Source of the DNA: Octopus bimaculoides
Lineage: Eukaryota
NCBI RefSeq assembly: GCF_001194135.2
Contig: NC_068984.1
Location: 66,599,324 to 66,633,835, forward strand
Length of the DNA: 34,512 bases
Direction of reading: 5' to 3'
The translations under genes were made by a program, and so were the position numbers. Of the stretch, positions 1-9,674 are shown in pieces. The number at the start of each line of letters is the position of its first letter. The first letter of the stretch is position 1. The notes beneath the pieces were generated by a model that was given only the letters and a program-made list of their open reading frames with translations, was not told the DNA's origin and ran no database searches.

Positions 1-17
1 TATATATATAAGTGTGT

Positions 18-126
18 GAGCCTGGTGTAGCCATCCGGTTGCACCAGTCCTCAGTCAAATCGTCCAACCCATGCTAGCATGGAAAGCGGACGTTAAACGA
101 TGATGATGATGATGATGATGATGATG
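18..126 (+). mobile_element. 5'-truncated 3' end of an RTE-like LINE/SINE family with (GAT)n tail
   Basis: gagcctggtgtagccatcc...gcatggaaagcggacgttaaac followed by (GAT)9 at 99-125. Matches 34363-34473 with 4 mismatches up to the tail; reverse-complement relatives at 15684 and 27937. The RTE assignment is inference. Confidence 0.8.
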
Positions 127-324
127 TCTGTACGTGTTTGTTGTTGAAAGAGTAGTTGCTCAGAATGTAAATGAACTACTATCGAAGTAAAGGACTCCAA
201 CCATCTTTGCTTGACACTGTTTCACTCAGAATGAGCAAAATTTCCTTATACCTTATGCCAAAAAAAAAAAAAGAAGAAGAAGAATGTTGAAAATTAGCCA
301 TTCAATGAAGAGAGATCAATGAAG

Positions 325-430
325 TTAGTACTGGGTCAGTACAATCCATTAAATTCCTTGAAGTCAGTGCTCCTGGGTGGCCAAAATAATAATAAAGTGA
401 TGACTAAAAATCAGTCAAAGAATAAAAGAA
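325..430 (+). mobile_element. Decayed 3' end of SINE group A, tail type 1
   Basis: agtactgggtc...gtgctcctgggtggcc...tgactaaaaatcagtcaaagaataaaagaat resembles the 3' part of 3755-4155. Confidence 0.45.
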
Positions 431-529
431 TCATTGTGGACGTTACTTCTCAGATAACAAGGAATAGATTTTACTTACATTTCCTCAGAGACTTTTATAT
501 ATATATATATATATATTATGAAGAAATCC

Positions 530-1490
530 AGATAATCTTGCCACGCTTTTCCAAAGTGTTTGCTTCAACACTGCTCTCATATTGTAGTATAGTAAAATAT
601 TGTATTCTTTGGTCCTCCACCTTTTTATTCCTTTAGAATATGATCAAACGCTCACATCTAGTTTTTGTGTCCCTATTACATGATCGGTTTGCACTAAGAC
701 ATCCCACAGGATCTTACAATAGTAATCTTACCAGAAAAAAAAGATGCTTCTAGCTGGTAATGGTATAATTTCTTCTTTTTTTTTTTCCTGTCTTCTTTGA
801 TTTCCAAATTTCTAGTAACATCAATATGTAACTTTTCCTATAACCTGTCATGTCTTCTTTTATATTATTTTTACACAATCTTCCTATATTCTCGCACTAG
901 ATTATTGATACTTTCATCTACTATGCTACATATTGAACACTTAGTATATATCTTGTTGGCTTCTGCCAATTTTTGTCTTAACCAAGTTTCTTCTAATTGC
1001 TTGCTCTTGCACAGCCATGATAAAGGCTTCTAGCTCCCACTTTAGTTCCTCATATTTTCTGTAAATCAGTTTTAGCATTTGTTTTCCTATTCCTTTTCCA
1101 TGCCCAACAGATTAACCTATGCAATGTTTTTCCATCCTTCTTTTCCTTTTCATGGTAATCTTTTTCTTCACTGAACCTTGATCTCCCTACTTACACATAA
1201 AATCTTTTCACTTTTCTTTATGTACATACATACATACATACATACATACATACATACTTACATACATATCCTATAGTTGCCAAGAGTACTGTGTCTGCTT
1301 CATTGAACATTCTTCTGCTCAACCTCTTTTCTTGGTATATACAATCAACTGAAATGGCTCTGTTTGTGTACCCTATTGTGGATTGTTAACAGCTTGCTGG
1401 TGCACTTATCCACTTCAATAATTACGCTTTCTTTTTAGTGGAGGAAGAGCTGCAAGCTATCTAAATATTTGTGCTGCCCACAAACTTATA
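530..1490 (-). mobile_element. Decayed R4/Dong-like (RLE-type) non-LTR retrotransposon fragment: RT C-terminus, zinc knuckle, RLE start
   Basis: Minus-strand peptides across stops/frameshifts: IIEVDKCTSKLLTIHNRVHKQSHFS*LYIPRKE (cf. DRKTRKLLTxH..HPKSDVDRLYIPRKEGGRG), LEAFIMAVQEQAIRRN, KCSICSIVDESINNLV..YKRRHD, KILWDVLVQTDHVI. Interrupted by (TACA)n. Confidence 0.8.
1223..1267. repeat. (TACA)n microsatellite
   Basis: Direct reading. Confidence 0.95.
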
Positions 1491-1491
1491 A

Positions 1492-1492
1492 G

Positions 1493-1532
<40 letters not shown>

Positions 1533-1670
1533 TGTGTGTGTGAGTGCGTGAGTGAGAGAGAGAGAGAGTGTGTGTGTGAGTGAGTGAGTGAGAGAGAGAG
1601 AGAGAGAGAGAGTGAAAGAGAGAAGAACAGTGAAAGAGAGAAGAACAGTGAAAGAGAGAAGAACAGCGAA
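1492..1670. repeat. Compound (GATA)/(GA)/(GT) microsatellite plus 18-bp minisatellite x3
   Basis: Unit agtgaaagagagaagaac at 1611-1628, 1629-1646 and 1647-1664. Confidence 0.95.
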
Positions 1671-1679
1671 AGGGAGACT

Positions 1680-1862
1680 CTATGTAGTCACATGATCTAC
1701 TAGAACTGCTAGAAATAACCACTGTCTTTAAAAAGAAAGGAAACATTGAATAAAGTAGTCCTTGATACATGCTGCCTGAAAATAAGATGGAATGGTCACG
1801 GCTAGAACTTTTTAGTCATATATATTCATACATATGTTCAATCATGGCTGATCTGGAGATAA
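1680..1862. repeat. Unclassified ~190-bp dispersed repeat (family C), copy 1
   Basis: Motifs ctgctagaaata, gtagtcctt/gtagtctta, ctgaaaa..atggaatggt and atggc are shared with 3020-3200 and 7690-7880, and in reverse with 21570-21985. Confidence 0.65.
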
Positions 1863-2099
1863 GCAACAATTTTAATAATCAGATATTGAAATGCTGTTTT
1901 CTTTCTTTTAGGTAAAGAATTATTAATTGAAATTTACCTTATAGTTGGAGAAGGAAACTAATTGTCAAGAGACTCACAAAGAGATAATTTCAAGGAATTA
2001 AGAATTAAACTCTAAAAGTTAATGCTCATGCATGGGGAAAGGTAAGTTTGTGGACATATTTCAATCTATTACATTTGATTAGCCTTGAGCAGATGCAAC

Positions 2100-2330
2100 A
2101 ACATGGATGAGTTAAGCTGATGAGCTCTAATAAATCAAAATATGTCCATAGTACAAAATACACCTATAGCCTGCAAAGATCAGACTTTTCTTCTAATTAT
2201 AGGAATATATTTTAAGAGATTAATTCTAGTTTTAAGAAATTATTCCACTCTTTTCTTTGAGAATTGTTAACAATGGCTGCTAAGTTTTTACCTATTTTGT
2301 CTCTTGCTAATAGTTAATTTCAAATTATAC
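2100..2330. repeat. Unclassified dispersed repeat (family D), diverged copy
   Basis: caaagatcagacttttc...gaaatta...ttttctttga...ttaacaatggctgct matches 4400-4695 and 5139-5437. Confidence 0.55.
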
Positions 2331-3019
2331 AGAATGTTTTGCAATATTTGTTCAAGCAATCTGCTAAGTTCAAATTTTACCAAGGTTAGCTATGCTTTTC
2401 ATCCTTTCAGGTATAAATAAAATACCAGTAAACTACTAGGGGCAGTTCTACCTTTCTCTCCCCTCTCTCTCTTTCTCTCCAGAAGGAATTGGTTTTGTTC
2501 AGACAAAGAAAGAGAAGGTCTTTACCATATTTCAAAGACATGCTGTATGTCATACCAGCGTCTTAAAGACTCCATCAAGTGTTGAGCCCCAAATCACCTA
2601 CCACTACAATCCCTCCACCTCCACATCGCTCCTAAATTTATTTATCCACATTCTTATCATCATCTCATTTCGGTTGTTTCTCTTAGTTCAGTTTATTCTT
2701 TATCTTAGTTCAGTTTCTCAACCTCTCTGACCATTTCCTTGAATTCATATCCAAATTAATATTTTCATTTCCTTCTGTTTCATTTCCTCATGATCAACCT
2801 GCCATAGATTAAACATTATATATCATTATATACCACAGAAGCAGATTTCAACATGTACATCTTTCCTATTTATCAATGACACAGCTAAAACTTTCAGCTT
2901 GCCTGCAAATGTTAAGTATTATAATCTCTGAAGGTCTTTTATGGTGATTGCACATCTACAACTGCATCTTAAAGGCTACTTTTTTCTCTGGTTCAGAAAG
3001 TGCTTCCAGCTACTGAAGG

Positions 3020-3200
3020 AAGCATACATGGCTGCTTAACCTGCTAGAAATAAGAGTGAAATTACACTCTACCCACAAAAAATAAAGAATGTATTGAATA
3101 ATGTTGTCCAAGGCAAATTAAACCTGAAAATAATACAGAGTGGTCATGGCAGGAATGACTTTGATAATGTAGTTAATCAAGGTTGATTTGGAGCTCAGCA
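3020..3200. repeat. Family C dispersed repeat, copy 2
   Basis: acctgctagaaataa...cctgaaaata...tggtcatggcaggaatgactttgat; same orientation as 1680-1862. Confidence 0.6.
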
Positions 3201-3294
3201 ACTAAAACTGAACCATCATGATCCATACAACGATCCATACATGATCCATACAACGAATACTACTTACATATAAGTACAATATGGTTAAGAATTT

Positions 3295-3430
3295 TGTTTT
3301 GCAAATACATAATTCCAGGTTTAGTCCCCCTGTGTGAAACCTTGGGCAAGTGTCTTCTATTAATAGCTTTAGATTGAGTGGAATTTTGTTGATGGAAACT
3401 ACAAAATCCCACTCAAAGGATTCAAACAAA
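3295..3430 (+). mobile_element. Decayed SINE group A head/core fragment
   Basis: ggtttagtcccc...ccttgggcaagtgtcttcta...gagtggaattttgttgatggaaact matches 3800-3905. Confidence 0.75.
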
Positions 3431-3489
3431 AAGAAACAAAAGCTTGGAAGATGTATCTAAGTATTTCTAAAAGCAGTGGATGATACTCC

Positions 3490-3660
3490 TTACACATCAT
3501 CATATTCATTTTATATGTCTATTGTTCAACACTGCTTGGGTTGGACAGGATCTTTTTCAGCAAAGTATCACACCACTCATCGTGATCTCTTGTAATCTCC
3601 TTCATGACCAGCTTTTACTACTCCTTTCATCTTCTTTGCTCTTCCTCTTTCAGAAAAACT
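3490..3660 (-). mobile_element. Decayed RTE-like LINE 3' end
   Basis: Minus strand reads tggtgtgatactttgctgaaaaagatcctgtccaacccaagcagt...aaatgaatatgatgatg, similar to the (GAT)n-tailed family end. Confidence 0.5.
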
Positions 3661-3754
3661 TAGTATTGGTTTATGATGTGCATCATAAAGAACTAACTAC
3701 CTAAATTTTTGATATTAACCCACTTGAGTCATTTCTCCTTGTTCATGGTATAAA

Positions 3755-4155
3755 GGAGTGGCTGTGTGGTAAGTAGCTTGCTTACCAACTACATGGTTCA
3801 GGGTTCAGTCCCACTGCGTGGCATCTTGGGCAAGTGTCTTCTACTATAGCCTCGGGCCGACCAAAGCCTTGTGAGTGGATTTGGTAGACGGAAACTGAAA
3901 GAAGCCCGTCGTATATATGTATATATATATATATGTATGTGGTTATGTGTCTGTGTTTGTCCCCCCACCAACATCGTTTGGCAACCGATGCTGGTGTGTT
4001 TATGTCTCCATAACTTAGTGGTTTGGCAAAAGAGACTGATAGAATAAGTACTAGGCTTCCAAAGAATAAGTCCTGGGGTCGATTTGTTCGACTAAAGGCG
4101 GTGCTCCAGCATGGCCACAGTCAAAAGACTCAAATAAGTAAAAGAGTAAAGAGTA
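3755..4155 (+). mobile_element. Near full-length tRNA-derived SINE, group A tail type 1 (CORE-SINE-like)
   Basis: A-box-like tggctgtgtggt at about 3759, B-box-like ggttcagtccc at 3802-3812, CORE-like cttgggcaagt, internal (TA)/(TG) tract, A-rich tail aaaagagtaaagagta. Reverse copy at 8763-9147. Confidence 0.9.
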
Positions 4156-4157
4156 TA

Positions 4158-4356
4158 TGAAGAGGTGCTGAAAAGTTCCTGGCTTTAAGGCTATTGCAAA
4201 AAGCCTTCCAGGTGCTTTTAGAGAGCTTAGAAAAACTGAAAAACTGCTGCAATAAGTGTGTGAATCTGAGAGGGGAATATGTTGAATAAAATCATAATTA
4301 ACTATCCTCTAGAATTTTATTTTACTTAAAGCCAGGAACTTTTCAGCACCCCATTG
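4158..4356 (+). mobile_element. Tc1/mariner-derived MITE
   Basis: Perfect 26-bp inverted repeats ggtgctgaaaagttcctggctttaag (4164-4189 and 4325-4350). TA on both sides (4156-57, 4357-58). Internal remnant reads KCVNLRGEYVE*, like a mariner transposase C-terminus. Confidence 0.9.
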
Positions 4357-4399
4357 TATGTAATTATACTGTTGGTTAAAATTATCTTAGACTATTTAT

Positions 4400-4695
4400 A
4401 TATTTGTAAAAATTCTCTGTCCACTTAAAGTGGGCTTTAGTGAGAAGGGTAAGCTTTGTTTGGTAAGATTTAACAAGATTGAAATAATCGTGAACCTGTA
4501 CACTTTTCTGCTGACAAAGATCAGATCTTTTTCACTAAATACAAAAATTAAATTTTCTGTGAAATTAATTCTTAATTTTTTGAAATTATCACCCCATTTT
4601 CTTTGAAATCTCACATTAACAATGGCAGCTGAATTTTTCTTTTTCTTCCTTCAGATAAGTGATAAATTTCAGCTGAAAATTGTTTGCATACATCA
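4400..4695. repeat. Family D dispersed repeat
   Basis: Colinear diverged direct copy at 5139-5437; shared ttttctgctgacaaagatca, ctgtgaaattaat, ttgaaattatc. Confidence 0.75.
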
Positions 4696-5135
4696 CCACC
4701 ACCACCATCATCATCATCATCATTAAATGCCCACTCTGCTATGCTTGCATGGGTTGGCTGGAATATATTTCAAGCAGATTTTCTGTGGCTGGGCGCCTTT
4801 TCTCTCACTGATCTCTCACCTGTTTTCAAGCAAGGTTATATCTCCTCATGGCCAGACATGTTTTGCAGAATATTGGCTATGAATGGTACTGTTTGTATGA
4901 TAGAGACACATTTACATCTTTTACACAATGCCAAGACAAGGAAACACACACATTCATACATATATATACAATGAGCTTCTTTCAGGTTTTGTCAACCAAA
5001 TCCACTTATAAAGTTATGGTTGCCCTGAGGCTATAATAGTAAAAGAAACTTGCTCAAGGTGCTATATAGTGGAAATGAACATGGAACCATATGGTTGGAA
5101 AGCAAGCTTCTTGCCACACAGCTTTGCCTGCACCT
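4690..5135 (-). mobile_element. SINE group A tail type 2 (same head, RTE-like (GAT)n tail)
   Basis: Reverse-complement head at 4965-5135 (cttgccacacagc, gaaccatatggttgg, acttgctcaaggtgc), a (CA)/(TA) tract, then the tail body ending in catcatcatc. Same layout as 15124-15553. Confidence 0.8.
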
Positions 5136-5138
5136 ATA

Positions 5139-5437
5139 TTTACATTTGTAAAAATCTCTGTCCATTTATTAAAGTGAGATTCCATGAGAAGATTCAGCTT
5201 TGCTGATGAGATATCATAAGATAGAAACAGCCATGAACCAATAAACTTTTCTGCTGACAAAGATCACATTTTCTCACTATGCATAAGAATTGAATTATCT
5301 GTGAAATTAATATTTAATTTCTTGAAATTATCTCTCCTTTTAAAAAAAAATATTAACAATTACTGCTATATTTTAATTTTTTCTCACTCTATGTAAGAGA
5401 GAAATATCAGTTCATAGAAAATTTTTTGCACACATCA
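5139..5437. repeat. Family D dispersed repeat
   Basis: See 4400-4695. Confidence 0.75.
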
Positions 5438-5767
5438 TTCGATGTATTGTCACCTACATAAATTATTTAAATTCATACCACTGGTCCACTTGAATAATTT
5501 CTCTTAGCTTATTTTTTGTATATCTGTTTTATTACCTACTTGTAATGTGTGACATGGTTTATTGGCTTAGAGCAAGTATTTTTGCAGCTAAATACTATCC
5601 CTACTGTTAACTACACAACTGTGAAGTCACAGTGGATCCTGTATGTTTTTTTAAAATTATTTTTGTTCAATCAGGCAAATCAGAGAAAGTAGAGTTATGT
5701 GCTTGCTCAGAGCACAACACGAATGTATTAAATTGTAGTTGTTCACATATCTCAAAACACAAGTCAA

Positions 5768-5852
5768 TTTATTGGACAGTATTTTTTGTCCGTCTTTCAT
5801 TTCTGGCACATTGGTTTATTACACATCCCTGCTATGTTATTCATTTCTTCTA
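5768..5852 (-). other. Candidate terminal exon (xEEMNNIAGMCNKPMCQK*), unverified
   Basis: Strong acceptor gtttcttctc(t)n accacag ending at 5853. Phase-1 frame runs to TGA at 5797-5799, AATAAA at 5773-5768, then a TG-rich stretch. No recognisable homology. Confidence 0.25.
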
Positions 5853-6689
5853 CTGTGGTAAAAAAAAAAAGAGAAGAAACATGCTGGTTGGGGTGGAAAG
5901 GGTAATAAAGGTATAGTAAAGCAATAGAATCAGAGCATACTGGTGATGTTTTGCATTGGTAAAAATTGATACAAATAGTTCAAACAGTGGAATATGTTTT
6001 ATGTTATGAGACAGAAGAAACGTCTAACATTTCTAATGTTTGTCATTTTCCAGAGAGAGAGAGAGAGAGAGATTTTATCATTGGATTGCAAAGTTACACA
6101 GTTACTTTATTTGTGAGAGGTGGTGGTAAATTAAAATGCTTGTGAATTAAGATTATTCATGCATTTTTCTGAGAATATCATTCATTACATGAGCACATGT
6201 GGAAGCAATGTTCATAAATCTAGAATCCCACATTCACAAAAGACTGGTATGAGAGCGTGTGCACTGCTGCTTGCAATACTTCAGTATTAGCCTTCAGGCA
6301 TTCGTTGATGACCCCTATTCTGACTGAAAGGTTACAAATCTCCCAGCTATTTTGTTAAAGGAGTGAAACATTGCTAGCTTTCAGTTCAAATTAATATTTC
6401 TCTTACAATGGATAATTTTCTAATGAATTCATTGTAATGAAGACATTTAAAACATCAAATTCACAATGACTTTGATAGCCTTTTTCTTTTTAAACTTCCA
6501 CCTAATAATATAAAGAAATACTTCTGAGTTTTAGAAATGCACACAATGTCAGCTTTGTATAGTCATCTCTAAATGTATATGACACAAAACTTACTACCAA
6601 AAATAATATCTATTTGTGTGTGTGCATGTGTGTGTGTATTGGTTACAATGAATGATAGAAAAGGTACTCAATAGAGTGCAATAGTTTAT

Positions 6690-6960
6690 TAAACCTGACC
6701 CAGTGACAGATTTAGGGTTGCATCTTACAGCAAGCAGAATGATGGAAACAGAGCTAATAACAGTTTGGTCATGTACTTAGTAAGGATGAAGATGACTGGT
6801 TGAGATGAGTGATGACAATGAATGTTGACTGAAACAGAAGCAGGAAATAAAACAAGAAAAATATAGCTAAAAGTTACGAAGGAAAAAAGGGACTGTACAC
6901 AATATAGAGGAACAAAAGATGGAAAAAAAAGCATAACCCTGCAAAACAAAAGTCTTCTTT
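6690..6960 (+). mobile_element. Decayed RTE-like LINE RT C-terminal fragment
   Basis: FGHVLSKDEDDWLR*VMTMNVD*NRSRK resembles the RTE motif WFGHVxRxxEDxWVKxxMxxxVEGxRxRGRP. Confidence 0.65.
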
Positions 6961-7689
6961 GGCTAGGCAAAATGGCGTTATACTTGTTATCATTGTATCT
7001 AAGTAAAGCATACTGAGATAAAAATCAAGGTAATGCATACTAAATATATGTATAGCAGAGTTGATATATTTCTATTTATTAAAGTTTGTAGGTATGCTTA
7101 ATGTCTGAACCAGTGACACATTTTTCAAATGATATTTCAATGAAGAAATTTTATTTTAAAGAAACAGTAATAGGTTTAGTATTTCCAGTAATTCTGGAAG
7201 TATGTTAACTCACACCTTTAGATTCACTATCATCTACAGAGCTATGTTTCACTGCAAAAGGGTTACAAAATATTGTGATAATTCAGAATGACTGGTGGTA
7301 GCTTCAAAAGGCATTTTTGTAACCATAACTCCAATTTCAAACTGAGGAAAGATATTCTTATATTCTTATTTTCTTCTTTTCTCAATGTACTTAAGGAGTC
7401 TAAAAGAATATTCTAGGAAAGCCAGATAATGATCAGTTAATCAATAAGTGCACCATATCCTATATAAATGGAGTAAAGTAATGTCAGTTCTATTCAGTGC
7501 GGTAGTTGATAGATATCAAAGCAAACAGAAGATGGAAATCATCTCACAATGATGTTATGATAGCAAATTTTACCTCATGAATTGTTGCAAGGAGATGAAG
7601 TTAGATGATATATTAGAACTGCTAAACATAATAACTGAAAAGATGATATGCTATTGTGAGAGAGCAATAGGTAACATCCATCAAGCCAA

Positions 7690-7880
7690 TGAGGTAGTCT
7701 CTATGTGGTCATGCATATAGCAGCAAAACTTCCTACAAATCAAACCAGTTCATCTTAAGATAACAGCATATTAGATAATGTAGTCTTAGATACTGCTGAA
7801 AAGATGGAATGGTTACAGCAAGATCTTTAAAATTAGTTCTTTTTGTCAGGATTAACTGGGAAATGCACAACAACATAATC
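7690..7880. repeat. Family C dispersed repeat, copy 3
   Basis: ctctatgtggtca...gataatgtagtcttagata...ctgaaaagatggaatggt. Confidence 0.55.
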
Positions 7881-8010
7881 ACTGAACCTCTGTCATTTTT
7901 AATTACAAGTTTTCTTAATTGAATTGCTATCAGGAGAATGTCTGGCTAGCATGAAACTTTGAGCAATATTTGTAGGAACATCAATCCTTAAAGATAAAAA
8001 AAAACACATA

Positions 8011-8019
8011 TAGGCACAC

Positions 8020-8051
<32 letters not shown>

Positions 8052-8200
8052 GCACACGTCAGTGTGTGTGTGTGTGTGTATGTGTGTGCGCGCATGTGTG
8101 TGTGTGTGCGCATGTGTGTGTGTGTGCGCATGTGTGTGTATATATATATATATATAAATATATATACATATATATACACACACATACATACATATGTACA
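8011..8200. repeat. Compound alternating purine-pyrimidine microsatellite (CA)n(CG)8(TG)n(TA)n
   Basis: Direct reading; (CG)8 at 8037-8052. Confidence 0.95.
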
Positions 8201-8762
8201 TATAAACAGATAGGTAATAAAGAGATAGAGAGGCAGATAGACTTTTAGTATAAACAAGAAATGAAAAATTCATTGGCTTCATTTTAACAAGCCATTGTAA
8301 TTTTAGGTGTTCACTGGAGATAGAATGAGATGTTATGAAATTAATAGATTGTATAGAAAACCTGTGAGAGAGAGAGAGAGAGAGTTCATAAATTCTTGCT
8401 TCAGAACTGCTACTGACTGTAAATCTAACTTAGCCTAATTTGATATGACACATTCTTCTCATTATACAAAACTTAATCATCAATTGGCTTGGTAGGGCTC
8501 TATAGAATAAATTCCTTACAATTCACTCTGATATTACAGAGTGAATGCAAACCATTCCAAAGCATTAAGATGAACTAGCTTGACCCATAGAATTTCCATG
8601 TTTTATCAATTTGCTTTTATACTGCTGTATAAATTTGTATACCTTCAAGACAATATTTTTGTAATAATGATTTAGAAAGCAGATTATCATTATTGAAAAT
8701 TTAGGATTTATATAATTTAGATGTTAATAATCATATAATAAAAGATACTAGATCTTTCATCC

Positions 8763-9147
8763 TTTATTTCTTGCTGGCATTAGATTATGACCATGCTGTA
8801 GCACTGCTTTGAAGAATTTTAGTCAAATGAGTTGACTGCATTTCTCGTTTTCTTTTAGCCTGGTACTTATTTTATCATTCACTTTTGCTGAATTCTGAGT
8901 TATGGGGATGTAAACACAGCAAAACCGGTTCTCAAGTGGTGGGGAAGGGATAAACACAGACAAAAAGACACATACACACACAGTCACACTTACAACTGGC
9001 TACTTCCTGTTTCTGTCTACTAACAAGGCTTTGGTGGGCTTAAGGCTATAACAGAAAACACTTGCCCAAGGTACAATGCTGTGGGACTGAACTTGAAACC
9101 ATATGATTGGGAAGCAAACTTCTTACCACACAGCCATGGCTGTGCCT
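8763..9147 (-). mobile_element. SINE group A tail type 1, full length, diverged
   Basis: Reverse complement is colinear with 3755-4155 (cttaccacacagcca, tgggactgaac, acacttgcccaagg, gaccatgctgtagcact). Confidence 0.85.
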
Positions 9148-9364
9148 ATGCTTATCATTTTGCAATAAATAACTTGGTTATCATATAAAGATAGTAAATC
9201 TATTTATTCTTTGTATTAACAAAACATGAAATTTTTACTTTTCATGAGCAACACTTTTCATGTTTTGTTTTAAGGAAAACATCTAAACACAATAATGATA
9301 ATAATATTTTAAACTTTAAAGATTAAGCACACACATTTTTGTCCAAGAAAACACTTGTTATTTA

Positions 9365-9432
9365 TATTATTGTTGATGCAATTGACTTATCCCCTCCTCA
9401 GAAATTGCTAGCCCTGTGCCAAAATTTGAAAC
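9365..9432 (+). mobile_element. SINE group B 3' fragment
   Basis: gatgcaattgacttatcccc...ctgtgccaaaatttgaaacc matches the end of 11540-11760. Confidence 0.75.
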
Positions 9433-9437
9433 CAAAT

Positions 9438-9674
9438 GTGGCAGGTTGGCAGAATAACTAGCACGCTGGTGAAATACTTGTTGGTATTTTGTTCATCTTC
9501 AGGTTCTAAATTCAAATGCTGCTGAGGTCAGCTTTGCCTTTTATCTCTTCAGGGTCAATAAATTAAGCACTAGTGAAACAATAGGGTCAATGTAATCAAC
9601 TTGTCCCCTCCCCACAAATTTCAGGCCTTGTGCCTTTAGTAGAAAGGATTATTATTATTATTGTTATCATTATT
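9438..9674 (+). mobile_element. tRNA-derived SINE group B with (ATT)n tail
   Basis: A-box-like tggcagaat, B-box-like attcaaatgc, gaggtc..ctttgcc body, (ATT)n tail. Colinear with 11540-11760 and 20773-20990. Confidence 0.85.

Noticed and set aside
319-636. 105-aa ORF
   Set aside because: Spans a decayed SINE tail, a (TA)n tract and the antisense strand of a LINE fragment.
1486-1790. Minus-strand ORF with an apparent acceptor tcttattttcag
   Set aside because: Made of family C repeat plus microsatellites.
2483-2730. About 80-codon open frame after a pyrimidine tract; antisense IVVVGDL resembles a LINE endonuclease motif
   Set aside because: No ATG or donor, and the motif match is too short to call either way.
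3755-3830. tRNA-like A/B boxes
   Set aside because: SINE head; no cloverleaf or acceptor stem and it continues into the SINE body, so not a tRNA gene.
7700-7830. RTE-like peptide LDTAEKMEWLQQ
   Set aside because: Better explained at DNA level as a family C repeat copy.
7899-8282. Three overlapping ORFs rich in YI/TH/CV
   Set aside because: Translation of dinucleotide microsatellites.
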